NCBI RefSeq assembly: GCF_009914755.1 | Contig: NC_060944.1 | Length of the DNA stretch: 64,000 nucleotides | Source of the DNA: the human T2T-CHM13v2.0 reference genome, Homo sapiens | Direction: 5' to 3' (one strand) | Part shown: positions 31,696-55,969 of the stretch, one piece after another | Layout: every line of letters begins with the position of its first letter | Position numbering within the stretch: the stretch's first letter is position 1 | Notes under the pieces: generated by a model | The model's input: the letters and a program-made list of their open reading frames with translations, nothing else | What the model was told of the DNA's origin: nothing | Database searches by the model: none | Made by a program: the position numbers and the translations under genes

Positions 31696-32336
31696 GCCGA
31701 CACCTGGATATCAGACTTCTAACCTCCACAACTGTTTTTAAGTTATTGAGTTTGCAGTAATTTGTGACAGCAGCCACAAGAAGCTCATAGGGTGACTTAC
31801 GCAGAGCCCTTGAACTCCACCATAGGTCTTCCCCATCCCCAGGGTCTCCTCCTGGGTAAACGAACCACCATTCTCTCGGTCACTCCATCCACAGAGCAGG
31901 GTGCCTGCTGGGATCCCCACTTTGCTCCAATCCCATACCCATTTTTCTGGGGTGTGCCCCCTCGGCTCCATCTCCCCTGACAGTCCTTCTGGCCTGGCTG
32001 CCAGCCGCTCTCACCTGGACAGCAGCATTAGCCCTGACTGGCCTAATGACCCCACTCTTGCCTCCTGCCAACCATTCCCTTAAAAATATGGAGAAAATCA
32101 CACCGTTCCCCTCCTAAGCCCGCCAGTCACTCTCCACTGCTCCTGGAACAAAATCCAAGCCCATTTCTACGGCCTCTGTGGGATTAAGACGTCGGTTCCA
32201 ATTCTTCAGCCTCTCTGCCTCTGCCCCTCGCCGTGGCCTCATCGGAGGGAGGCATCGCTCCCTGACCCTCGACTTTCAGCTTGGCCACTCGACTCGCTTG
32301 GCTTCCCACCTACAGCCAGGAGTGACGGCATAACAG

Positions 32337-33082
32337 GTCTGCGCCCGCCCCTGAAGACACCTCCCACGTCCCCGCTCCCCACGTCCGCGCCCACACCTGA
32401 AGACGCCTCCCACGTCCCCACGTCTGCGTCCGCACCTGAAGACGCCTCCCACGTCCCCGCACCCCACGTCTGCACCCACACCTGAAGACACCTCCCACGT
32501 CCCCGCACCCCACGTCCCCACGTCTGCGCCCGCACCTGAAGACGCCTCCCACGTCCCCGCACCCCAAGTCCCCACGTCTGCGCCCACACCTGAAGACGCC
32601 TCCCACGTCCCGTCTGCGTCCGCACCTGAAGACGCCTCCCACGTCCCCACTCCCCACATCTGCGCCCACACCTGAAGACGCCTCCCACGTCTGCACCCAC
32701 ACCTGAAGACACCTCCCACGTCCCCGCACCCCACGTCTGCGCCCACACCTGAAGACGCCTCCCACGTCCCGTCTGCGCCGCACCTGAAGACGCCTCCCAC
32801 GTCCCCACTCCCCACATCTGCGCCCACACCTGAAGACGCCTCCCACGTCTGCACCCACACCTGAAGACACCTCCCACGTCCCCGCACCCCACGTCCCCAC
32901 GTCTGCGCCCGCACCTGAAGACGCCTCCCACGTCCCCACGTCTGCGCCCGCACCTGAAGACGCCTCCCACGTCCCCGCTCCCCACGTCTGCACCCACACC
33001 TGAAGACGCCTCCCACATCCCCGCACCCCACATCCCCGCGTCTGTGCCCGCACCTGAAGACGCCTCCCACGTCGACGCCTCC
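32337..33082. repeat. CpG-rich VNTR, 17 units of ~31-54 bp with core cacctgaagacRcctcccac
   Basis: 17 counted occurrences of cctgaagac separated by modular C-rich linkers. Confidence 0.97.
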
Positions 33083-34872
33083 TAGGTCTCCACTTCCCAC
33101 GTCCCTGCTTGTGGAGCCTGTGCCCCGGCCGACCTGCTGGTGCCAGGACAGTGAGAGACGCCTGCAGCAGAGCTGCCCAGCTGCAACCAGCCTGGACCCC
33201 TCAGGCCCCCGCAGACCTGCTGGCCTGTTAGTAGAAACGCTCAGCTTTGTTTACGCAGCAGGACTGTGGCACTAGCTGGCCACACAGCCCCTGAGGCACT
33301 GCCTGACCGGCCTCTGCCCACTGTTCTAACCCTGTCTTTTACCCCTATGGCCCTCTTTGGTAACCATCCTCTCATGTCAGCAGCTTCTGGAAGGTTCTAA
33401 ACCTGCCAGATTTTCCCTGTTCCTCAAGTCTCGGTGTCGTCTTACCTCCTCTGGGCAGCCACTCCAGCACTGCGCCCACCTAAATCCCCCTCAGTCACCC
33501 TCGGCCACGTCACTCTGTGGATTCCTTCTGGGCACAGCCCAGCCGCGCTGTCTTCTCTCAAGCTGTCCTGTCACCCAAGCAGCTTTGTGAGGGCAGGAGC
33601 TGTCTCTGCAGATATCAAGTGGAACATCACCTGTTTTCTGGCATTTCAGCTGAAGCCCACAGCTGAGAACTATCCGTGAATCCAAAGAGAAGCACTTTAC
33701 TGGGACAACCCCACTTGCCAAGAGAGACCAGAGGCCACTCTGAGACCCACACCCCTCCCCTCCCCCAGCCAGCCACTACTTTCTAGAAGGTTAGAAACTC
33801 AGTGCAGGGCGTGAGGGTTTCTTGGGAGAGGGCTGGCATCCTGCAAGAATCTCTGCACATTTCCTTACCTTCCCCACCACCACCACCAAAAGCCAAGCAA
33901 AGGCCATCAGAGACCCCCCCACATGGACTGGGGTTATCCCAGGGAAGCCCACCATCTCACCCTCGCCCAGGGGGTTTGCCGAGTGGGTTCCAGAGCAGGT
34001 TCTAGGGAGCAGGCCATGCTTCAGGAATTCCGTAGGACAAGAACAAGGACCGTTTTGTCATGGACCAAATGGACACAGGGAAGCCAGGCTAGGTGGCAGT
34101 CACCAGTGTGGGCATCCCGAATGGGGGTCTCCAAATACCGGCCAAGTGCCTGAGATCCCCCTGACATAAGGCATTGGATGGTCAGGGAACAGCCACATTC
34201 AGTACCCGCTCAGCTAACGCCCTTCAGCCGCCCACCTTCTTCCTGCATCCCGGGCCCACCCTGAGGAGCTGGGCAAGTGGAGCGGGAAGGGGAAAGCCAG
34301 CAGAGATGTCCCAGTCCCTCTGCATCCGCAGCCTGGCCCCCTGAGCTAAGGGAAAAGGGCCACTTTGGAAGAGCAAATACAGCTTTTATTTGAAGCAGGC
34401 TGGATGTTTTAAGATCTGCAAAAGATGACTGTTGATGGGCTGCTGTAAACAGCCCTACCTAGATTGCCTTGTGCTCCCAAAGGCGGGTTGGGGGGAAAGT
34501 CAGCACAGGTGTGCAGGGCAGTGGTGGGAACAATGAGACCATTTTCTGATGGCCCCAGGGGAGCTTCCCAGCGCCCAGAGGAGCCGACTAGCCCACAAGT
34601 GCTCAAACAGTTCATTTGCTGAATGATTACGTGGGAGTGAGGTAGACTCTACTCCGCGTTCTAGGGCACTTATTTGTCTCTTCCTGTGAAGTGCAGCTCC
34701 ACACCGCAGGGCAGGGATCCATTTCTCCTCAAAGCCAGGAGTTTTGGTTCTGCAAGCCTCTGTCTCTACCTGTTGGGTGGGAAAAATAATACCTCACTGG
34801 GTCACTACAAGATTGAAATGCGATACTTTATAGCACTGGCAAAACCAGACTGATGAATTTTTTCTTTATTTA

Positions 34873-35257
<385 letters not shown>

Positions 35258-35339
35258 TCATGAACTTCTTTGATGATATAATTTGGTAAAAAATATTAAT
35301 TCTGACATGTGCTCACTCATTTTAAATGTCAGCCCTTCC

Positions 35340-36428
35340 CTGCATGCCACGGATTATACCCTTATACCTTTCAGTCCACAAGAGACCACATATATGACAG
35401 TGGTCCTATCAGATTATAATGGAGCTAAAGATTCCTGTTGCCATAGCCATCATACAGTTGTAGTGCAATTACTTTTTTAAACAAATGTAGTGTAACCTAA
35501 GTGTGCAGTGCTGATAAAGTCTACAGTAGTGTACGGTGATATCTTCAGTCTTCACATTCACTCACCACCCTCTCACTTACTCACCCAGAACAACGTGCAG
35601 TCCTGCAAACTCCATTCATGTATGTGCCCTACACAGGTGCACCATTCTGTATCTTTCATATTGTAGTTTTACTGTACCTTTTCTATGTTTAGATATACAA
35701 AGACTTACCATTGTGTTACAACTACCTACAGCAGGGGTCCCCAACATTTTTGGCACCAGGGACCCATTTCGTGGAAGTCAATTTTTCCACGGACCAGAGG
35801 GGAGTGATGGTTTAGGGATGATTCAAGTGCGTTATATTTATTGTGCACTTTATTTCTATTATTATTACGTTGTTATATGTAATGAAATAATTACACAGCT
35901 CACCATCATGTAGAATCAGTGGGAGCCCTGAACTTGTTTCCCTGCAACTACACAGTCCCATCTGAGGGTGCTGGGAGACAGTGACAGATCGTCGGACATT
36001 ACATTCTCATCAGGAGCGCACAACCTAGACCCTCACATGAGCAGTTCACAACAGGGTTCGTGGTCCTATGAGAATCTAATGCTGCCGCTGATCTGACGGG
36101 AGGCGGAGCTCACAATGGGGAGCGCCTGTAAACACAGATGAAGCCTGCAGCTCACCTGCTGCTGTGTGGCCTGGTTCCTAACAGGCCACAGAACAATACC
36201 CCTCTGTGGCCAGGGGTTGGAGACCCCGGCCTACAGCATTCAATGCAGCAGCATGCTGCACAGGTTAAGTAACCTGGTGTAGGAGCAATTGGCTATACCC
36301 CATATCCTAGGTGTGTGTGGGCTCTGCCATCTAGTTTGTGTAAGTACTCCCTATGATGTTTGCACAACGGCAAAATCACCCAAGGACACATTTCTCGGAA
36401 TGCACCCCTTTTAAGTGACACATGACTG
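35340..36428. mobile_element. Tigger3-like (TcMar) DNA transposon remnant
   Basis: gtggtcctatcagattataatggagct...gtctacagtagtgtac...cttcacattcactcacc; right TIR ttaagtgacacatgactg. Left end uncertain. Confidence 0.75.
35732..36228 (-). mobile_element. MER1A-like (hAT-Charlie) element nested in Tigger3
   Basis: TIRs caggggtccccaac / gttggagacccc; 8-bp TSD Rcctacag. Confidence 0.85.
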
Positions 36429-36904
36429 GTACCTTGCTTGGGGAGAATGATGTTGAGGATCTTGGGCTTGGAAATACCTAGGTTAGCCTAATTCCTTCTT
36501 GCTTTTCTTGTTGCAGCGCCTCCTGGGTGAATATTAATTAATATATTCACTAGGATTGAAAGGAAGGTCCTAGACTTTTCTTCCCTTTAGGAGGACAAGT
36601 TTAAAAAAATGGAATTTATCTGTAAAGCTGGCTAGCTCTTATCCCTGACCCTAAAAACATAGTCTGTAAGCCCCCCGCCCCCGCCCCCACCGGGGAAGAC
36701 TCTTTGGACTGGAGGACCGTGTTTCTCTCTAAATTCTTACACTATGAATGGCATGTGAAAATAATATCCACGTGGTTACATATTTTTCAAAACAGTGTCT
36801 ACTATCCAAAGATCAACAGAGCACAAAAGTACCAAGAGTGGAAAATCTCTGGTGTATAACGGCCTAACGGGAAAGGAGAAAATTGGGGAATGCAACAGGA
36901 TCTG

Positions 36905-37100
36905 CAATTCGGGTGGGGGCGGATGGACGCGGATGGACGGCCCGCCTGGATCCGCGCGAGGCGCCACTCGGGGAGTTGATCTGCGGTCTCGCAGTGACAC
37001 CTACAGGCCGCCGTGGCCGCGCACCTGCGGCAACTGCGTTCGACAGCGCCACCTGGCGGGAGCCGACGCCGGCAGGCCCGGAGAGGATTTTCTTCGTGAA
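36905..37100. promoter_or_regulatory. Small CpG-rich element containing a CTCF motif
   Basis: CpG-dense patch within AT-richer flanks. Confidence 0.6.
37044..37060 (-). promoter_or_regulatory. CTCF core motif (CCCGCCAGGTGGCGCTG on -)
   Basis: Near-perfect match to the CCGCCAGGTGGCGC consensus; binding not shown. Confidence 0.7.
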
Positions 37101-37629
37101 TCCAAGACAGAGGGGTGGAAAGTGCTCAGGACCTCTGGGGTGTGTCCTGTGGGCCGCTGGGGCTGGGGTGCAGCCCACGAGGAAGTGTCCGTGGGGTGTG
37201 CGTACCTGCCCGTCTATCCTGCCCTCTGCACTGCCTGGCCGTGCTCAGCCCAATGTGCCTGTCCCAGCTGGATCCTGGCCGGGCAGGGCCGTCGATGCTT
37301 TGAGAATGAGTGCTGGTATTTTCTGCCTTTTACAAGTAGGGAAAGAGGGGAGTTGGAGGAGTAACCGAGGTCGTAGCCTCCAGGAAGGCCTCCCGGGCAA
37401 GCTGACTCCAGAACCAAAATACTCCCCCACCTGCCTCCCAAAGGTGGTGGAACCTCTACTTTTGCCGCTCAGAACAGTCACATTCAGCTTCATCCCGACA
37501 GGCACTCGAAACTATGGCAGAGGGGCAGGCATCCTCACTCTGCCACCTAGGTGCTGTGTGTTGCTGGGCAAGTTGCTAACCTTCTCTGAGCCTCCATTTC
37601 CTCCGTGACAAATGGGCATGAAAGAGAAC

Positions 37630-37790
37630 GTGCTCAGTGCTGCTCAGCACCACCTTCCCAGGGATTTTGTCAGAAATGCAGAGTCTCAGGCCCTGTCCCA
37701 AACACTGAGTCTCGCATCCTTGGGAGGTGGGGCCCAGCAATCTGTGTTTTAACTAAGCCCGCTTGCGACTGTGATACTAATTGAGAATGT
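37630..37790. mobile_element. MER5A-like element nested in a MIR (~37530-37870)
   Basis: agaaatgcagagtctcaggccc...ggggcccagcaatctgtgttttaac; MIR motif ctctgagcctccatttcctc flanks it. Confidence 0.7.
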
Positions 37791-37949
37791 CCGCCTTCCA
37801 GGGTCACTGAAAAGACCAAATAAGATCACGTGTGCGGGATGCCTGGAAAATACTCAACACACGATTGTCGTAATTCTCCAACTCTAGACAGCCTGGCGTG
37901 GGGGCCGGGGGGAGCATTTTCTCTTTTCCTTCCTTTTTTTATTGGTTAT

Positions 37950-38232
37950 TATTTCTTAATACAGGGTGTCACTCCGTCACCCAGGCTGGAGGGCAGTGCT
38001 GTGATCACAGCTCACTACAGCCTCGACCTCCCCAGCTCAAGCCGTCCTCTTGCCTCGGCTTCCTGAGTAGTTGGAAACAGGTGCATGCCACCAGCTAATT
38101 TTTTATATTTTTTTGTAGAGATGGGGGTCTCACTATGTTGCACAGGCTGGTCTCGAACTCCTGGGCTCAAGCAATCTTCCCACCTCAGTTTCCCAAAGTG
38201 TTCGGATTACGGGCACGAGCCTCCACAGCCTG
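37950..38232 (-). mobile_element. Alu (AluJ-like)
   Basis: Antisense; gatcacagctcactacagcctcgacctcc. Confidence 0.9.
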
Positions 38233-38264
38233 ATTTTTTTTAATTACAAAAGTAAGACATGCTG

Positions 38265-39110
<846 letters not shown>

Positions 39111-39116
39111 AAGAAG

Positions 39117-39402
39117 GGCCAGGCATGATGGCTCATTCCTATAATCCCAGCACTTTAGGAGGCTGAGGCAGGCAGATCGCTTGAGCCCAGGAATTCGGCA
39201 ACATGGTGAAACCCTGTCTCTATTAAAAAATACATATATACAAAAAATTAGCCAAACACGGTGGGGCGCTCCTGTAGTCCCAGCTACTCAAGAGGCTGAG
39301 ATGGGAGGATCACTTGAGCCCAGGAGGTCGAGGCTGCAATGAGCCGTGATTGCACCACTGAGCTCCAGCCTAGATGATGGAGTGAGACCCTGTCTCACAA
39401 AA
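39117..39402 (+). mobile_element. Alu (AluJ-like)
   Basis: ggaggatcacttgagcccaggaggtcgaggctgc. Confidence 0.92.
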
Positions 39403-39940
39403 GGAGACTTGCCGGTTGTAACAATTTAGGGCTGTGTAAAACAGTTCTCTTGCCCTGGAGCAAGCAATGCTAACAGTTTGGAGGTATACCTTTGACATCA
39501 TTCTTTGTGCTCAAATAAACATATATAGACACTAGAGTTGTCTCTTTTTAGAACCGTGCTCATCCACATTTCTTGGGCCACTTGCTGTTTTTCACTTAGT
39601 GATACATCCCAGATACTCCTCATGACTGTCCCCTGGCCTGTACATACAGATCAAGTCAGGTTTTCGTAGCTGCAAAATGTGCCACCATCCCTCCCGCGTG
39701 TGAGCATGTAGAGTGTTTCCAGGCACCTGCTACCATAAACAGCAGTCACGAACATTTGTGACCGGGTCTCATTTTGTACAGGGGTTTCCTCTCTGTAGGA
39801 TGGATTTACAGAGGTGAGGCGCTGTGCTGTCGTGGGCATTCTGAATACGTATTGTCAGACAGCGATCAATCCTGCAGGAAGATGGGAATCGGCAAGCTCC
39901 CCCGTGCGGCGCTGACATGTTTCCCAGGCGCACACACGTG

Positions 39941-39971
<31 letters not shown>

Positions 39972-40677
39972 CACAGCCCCAGATGTTATGAGTATTTATC
40001 ATTTTTCCAATTGTAAATTGGTAATGAAAGCCAGTCAAATGAGCGTCGGTTTGATTACTTTGACAATTGCTATGGTTGAGTTCCTTGTTTTGTGAGCAGG
40101 TTTTGGTACCTTGGGGAAGGGGGTGGTCCACAGACCCTTTCAGGATATAATGAGGTTCTCCCCAGAAAATGTGTACAGACATGCACATTTTGCAGACAAT
40201 TCCAGGGATTCAGGCAGAAAAGCCCATCTGTGAGGCCCCTTTTTCAAAGTGGCGCAGACTGCGGCGTTTCTGACATTTCCGATGAACACAAACACGAGTG
40301 TTTGTCTAAATGTTAATGGGTTTCTGTGCCCTCTGCTGGAAGCATCTGCAGTCAGTGCGCCACTGCGGAGGCAGAGCCCAGTGACTGGAATTTTCCTCTT
40401 GCCTTAGAGCTGTTTTCCTCTCCTGCAGAACTGGCCCTGGAGTTTCAAGTTCAGTACGCACTTTTTCCAAGTTGCTGAGAAAGCCCTCTGCCTCACACCC
40501 AAATCAGCAAATTTAAGGGAAATTATTTATCTCCCACTTTGGGGATTATTAGTTCTGGACAGAGACTCTTACTGTATAAGGTTTGCTGAAAATGTATGAG
40601 GCTATCTGGAGACGGGTGGAGGGGGGTGTATTGAATCCCAGTGAGTAAACATTTTAAGCAAATTAAGTGGTTGTAGC

Positions 40678-40712
<35 letters not shown>
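40678..40712. repeat. (AAT)n microsatellite
   Basis: Seen directly. Confidence 0.95.
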
Positions 40713-40714
<2 letters not shown>

Positions 40715-41834
40715 GCTACCATTTTTCAAGCATCTGCTCCGTGCCAGGCATTTAATCCCTCCAATGACAGGGGCCAGGTTTTAAACTGATGCTCTGAGAG
40801 GTGCCATTGTTTGGCCCAATGCCACACAGCTTGTGGTGGAGGAAAATTCTAAACTGGATCTGCCAGACTGCAAGCCCAGGACCCTCCCACTGCACCTCGG
40901 GGTCACGCTGACAAGGGCCTTGGGTCTTGAGGGCACAATCCACACTGGCAGTCTCCTTTCACCAATGCAAACCAGGTGGGGATGCTGGTGACGAGGCCCA
41001 CATGATGGATAAAGACTCTGAGGCTCTTGGGAAGTGACCATTTGGTCCAAGGTCACACAACTGGGAAGGAGGAGAGAAAGGGATAGAACGCTGGCCTGCA
41101 GTGCACTGAAAACAAGACAGTGCCGTTACATCCCAGCAAAATACTGCTACCAGCAAAACACTGCGCTCCATTGATGTGTTTTTAGGAGGGAGATTGGCGA
41201 GGGTCAGGGAGGTGCTGGATCTGTACTAGCACAAAAAGGAAACTTTATCCTTGTGGATACTGAAAGGATCGAGAGCAATGTCAAAAGGGATTGCCTTTCC
41301 CACCCAGTGTTTCAGTGTCACTTAATACAGAGACAGGGACCACCTGAAGTCCCCTGAGGCGCCACCAGTGAGATGCCCTCCCTGCTTTCTGGGAACCCCT
41401 GGGTTAGTGAATATGCTTCAGGCAAGGGAGTGCCCCAGTCTGAGATGGAGTGAGGAGACAGTGGCGAGAGCCCAGCATGCAGCTGAAGGCCCCGCCGAGT
41501 CATCTTCGGAGGGAGAAAGCAAAGTGCTGAGGACTAGGGCAGAGCCCCAGAGACCCAGGATGTACAGAAGCCCAGAGGGGCAGCCCCAACACCCACCTCC
41601 CGGCTGCAGAGGCTGCTGGAGGTTCCACCAATAGACTGGAGTGCAGAAGAAAAGCTCAGCATCTTTGTTTCACCACCTGGAAGGCTGGATGGCCAGGTAG
41701 CCGGGTCTGCTAAGCCAGTCCTGGGCGAGAAGTTCAAGTCACCTCCCAACACCACAGTTGGTGGCATCTCTTTTACAATTTCTACTGCATTGACTTCCAG
41801 AAAGGAAGCAACTTACAATTCAACACCTGTATGA

Positions 41835-42163
<329 letters not shown>

Positions 42164-44173
42164 TTAGAAAGAGAGATAACTCATTCAAGGAAAGATAAAA
42201 GGCAAGACGGGGGTGGGGACATTGGATATTTGCCCCAGGTGGGCATTAACCTTGGCTCTGAGCCTCCTGGCAGCCAAGGCAAGTGGAAACATGATGGCTC
42301 ACTCAGCTGCCATCATCATCTGCTCATGACAAGTATGTGCATCTCTCCAGTGGGCTCCGGCCTGACAGGCTGGCGTAAGGCTCATGGGTGAGCAATGTCC
42401 CTGACAGTAACGAGGGGAGGAAGAAGACTCCGCCTTTATGTGGCCTCCAAGAAATCCAAGGATACACAATGGCATTTCCATGGGGCCACTAAGCTCAAAG
42501 GGTCAGATCATCAATTTTTTTGGTGATCAAAACTTGGGAGCCCAGGAAAGGCACCAAATGGGGGTCTCCTATCTCCCCTCTCACCAGTGTCAATAATTTC
42601 ACCCATGACTTCAGCAAGATTTTCCAGTTGAACTCTGAGACCATAATAGTTGGCATCTACTGAGTGCTTCCCACCTCCCAGGCCTTCCCAGCAAGCTCAG
42701 TGACCAGGATTACCCTCCTTCCTCCTCTACAGAGGACTCTTGGCTCAGAGCAGTGGGGAATTCACCCAAGGCCACATGGCAGAGCCAGTAAGATGCAAGC
42801 CAAGATCTGTGCTGACCCCAAAGCCTGTATCCCCACCTCCGCACAGGCAGCTCTTCCCCTCTGGTGACTGCAAGCCCAGCCCTACCTGGGGATGCCAGAC
42901 GAGGCAAAGGAACTGGATGTCAGGGCCTGGAAGACCAGAGGAAGCTCGTGTCTGCCCTACACAGAGCAGAGATGTGCCTGACCACCATGCCGGCCCACCT
43001 CCAGGGTCCAACAAAAATGCTTGAGATTGACCCCCCAACACACACTCAAAAAAAACTTTGTTGGCTCCCAAAATGTGGGGAAAAAAACCTTCAAAATAAC
43101 GTTTAATGAAATATCTACAAAATGTAACATATCACCCAATGGCAACTCAATCCTTCTATGGCTCTGGATATATTTTATTTCGTAAGTGATACAGACTTGT
43201 TGAATATAAATAGAATGTCAGGATTGTCTAAAATGAAGCGCTCCCCAGGACCTACGAGTGTTCAGATGACCCTACCACAGACTGAGCAAAATGTCACCAT
43301 GAAGAGTTTGGGACCTGCCCAATGTCTGGCCAAGTGCTTAATTGAATTGGGGGTAGATGAAGATAGAATGCTTGCCCCCAGAATTTTACATATAGGAGTC
43401 AAGCAGTTGGCTCTCCAAACAACGAAGGCAGCTGGGCAGAGCTCCTGGCAAATGCACAACTTTGAGTAATGCCACTTGTTAAGTTAAAAGAGTGCCTGCA
43501 TCACCCCCCTAACACTTCATTAGCTAAATGGATTGCCCCATTGGGTTGGGGTTGCTTAATATCTGCCTATTGACTTTGCAGAACGTCTGCCAAGAACAAG
43601 ATCTCAGTTTTGACATAGTTGATGCTGAGCTATTTTTTTCCTCGACTATTATTTGTCTAACAGAGTGCTGAGCTGGGTACAGCCACGTACACTGAGTGTA
43701 AAACCACATCATCAACACAGATCTTACTTGCTATGACAGCAGGAAATGCAGCCAGTTAATTTAAAAGCTGACTCCAGTTCTTGGGATGGAAGTGGGAAAG
43801 GGTGGCCAGGATACAGCGCCATTTCCCATTCCCAGGAAAACTGCAATGGTCACAAGACTACTGCCACACATTTTGATTCCAAAAGTTGCTTAGAAGGTAG
43901 AGCTTTAGAGAACATAAATGGTCTGTGGGAGGTGGGAGAGTGGACCACACACGCCACCCAGTAAGACCCGTGGCTACTCCTTCACTGTGGCATCAGAGTC
44001 TTGGATTGCTCCAGAGAGATTTTGGTTGTTTCTATCACGTTTCTCCATGAAATGAATTAGAGTTTGACAGTGAGAGGCAGTCACATGGGTGTGCCCCACA
44101 TCTTCTCACTCCTTTTGTAGCAGACCACGTTCTTCAAAAATTCAAGCCAAATTTTAAAAATCAAGAGAGATCT

Positions 44174-44472
44174 GGCCGGGTGTGGTGGCTCATGCCTGTA
44201 AATCCAACACTTTGGGAGGCCGAGGGGGGCAGATCATGAGGTCAGGAGTTCGAGACCAACCTGGCCAACGTGGTGAAACCCCATCTCTACTAAAAATACA
44301 AAAATTAGCCAGGCATGGTGGCAGGTGCCTGTAATCTTAGCTACTCAAGAGGCTGAGGCAGGAGAATCGCTTGAACCCAGGAGGCAGAGGTTGCAGTGAG
44401 CCGAGATGGCACCACTGCACTCCAGCCTGGGCAATAGAGCAAGACTCTGTCTCAAAAAAAGAAAAAAAAAAA
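44174..44472 (+). mobile_element. Alu (AluS-like)
   Basis: Full dimer; TSD aaaaatcaagRgagatc. Confidence 0.95.
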
Positions 44473-45519
44473 TCAAGGGAGATCCTTTCAAAAAGCTAGA
44501 TTTCCAGGTCTGGAGAGTTCTAGAAAGATCTAGTGGCCTCTGCCTTTCATTTCTGCAGGAGTCAAGTCTCGGTGCTCTCTTCAGACAGCTGGCGCCATCC
44601 TTGTCTTTCCTTCTTATTTCCCACGCCCAGCTCACTCGTGCACTCGGCAGGCTGGGACCCTGTAGGAACACCAGGCACATCCTGCAATGCGGTATAAGGT
44701 TTTGCAATGCAAAGACCTGAGAGTTGAGCATAGACACTCCAAGGTGGTTTGCTCAAAGGAAAGAAGGAAGGGCTATCCCAGTGCTGGCAGGAAAAGGAGA
44801 ACTCTGGCAAGAGGAGACTGCATGGACCACTGGAGATGGGACAAAAGAGAAAATGTGACCAGCCTGATTCTCATCTTCTTTTACACTGTTTCCTCCCCAT
44901 CTAGCACCAACGTGTTACCTTTCAACAAGAGTAATAAGCCATCCCTTCTGGAGAGTGTGTGTGGACAGCCAAGCTCACCCAGCTTCCCTTCTGCCCCCGA
45001 CTCAAGAAGCAGACCCCTCAAAGATGGCTCAGGAAACCTGGAACATTAGCTGTGGGAGCATTTAGTTCCATGGCTTTACAGACTGAAATTCACAGCCCAC
45101 ACTACACACGACCTCCTGACATTTGCTGGCACTTGTTTTATACAATAACAATAGTGCTATTATCATTATTGTTATTACTCCTATTATGCCAGTGCATTAG
45201 ACGGTCCCCAGAAGGGAGAGAAGGTAATTGGCTCCCATCACCCTGAGCAGCGCTATTGGGTACAATGTGCAAATAGCTTAAAATTAAAGGCTGGCATTAG
45301 AGCCTGTTCAGTCTGTAATGGATTACTAAATGAGCACAGGCTTACCTACTGCCATCAACACCCTCCAGAAATCATTTGCAAACAGGACAGATAATTTCGT
45401 ATCTGATTCAGGTTAATTGCCCTGTTTTCCTGCCTCCCTGCTCACCAAGGGCCCCCATGGGATTGAACTCTGCAAAGTTGCCCAAACCAGCCTCAGCGGG
45501 CAAACGTTCCCACCGGGAG

Positions 45520-55656
<10,137 letters not shown>

Positions 55657-55963
55657 CCGCGGCTCGAGTGCGGTGGCCACGCGTCATCGCCGCCCCCGCC
55701 CTGACGCCCCAAGGCGGGCCCATGCGCCCCCCGCCCCACTGTGACGCCCAGGCCCCGCCAGGACCGCCCCCTCCAGACGCAAGGCGAGGCCCCTCCCTGC
55801 CTGCCGCCCGAGCCTCCAGGGAGACCGATGGGCGGGCGGCCCCCCAAGGTCCCGCAGTCCTTTCCCGCTCCGCGATGAACAAAGCCGCAGTTTCACGCGG
55901 CCGCGGGAGACGGTTCTTAAATAATGGAACAGGACATAAGTGCTTCCCAGAGCAACCGGGAGA

Positions 55964-55969
55964 TTTATT
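55964..55969 (-). terminator. Candidate distal polyadenylation signal (AATAAA) of PPP4R1L
   Basis: tttatt on + strand; followed ~30-50 nt downstream on - by a U/GU-rich tract (cttatgtcctgttccattattt). Another AATAAA at 57224-57219. Confidence 0.55.

Noticed and set aside
32337-33082. CRISPR-like look (constant repeat with variable spacers) and three ~250-aa ORFs
   Set aside because: The spacers are permutations of the same short modules rather than unique sequences, there are no cas genes, and the DNA is human. The ORFs are repeat artefacts.
36795-37608. ORFs of 189 and 241 aa
   Set aside because: GC-rich patch running into a MIR; no recognisable protein.
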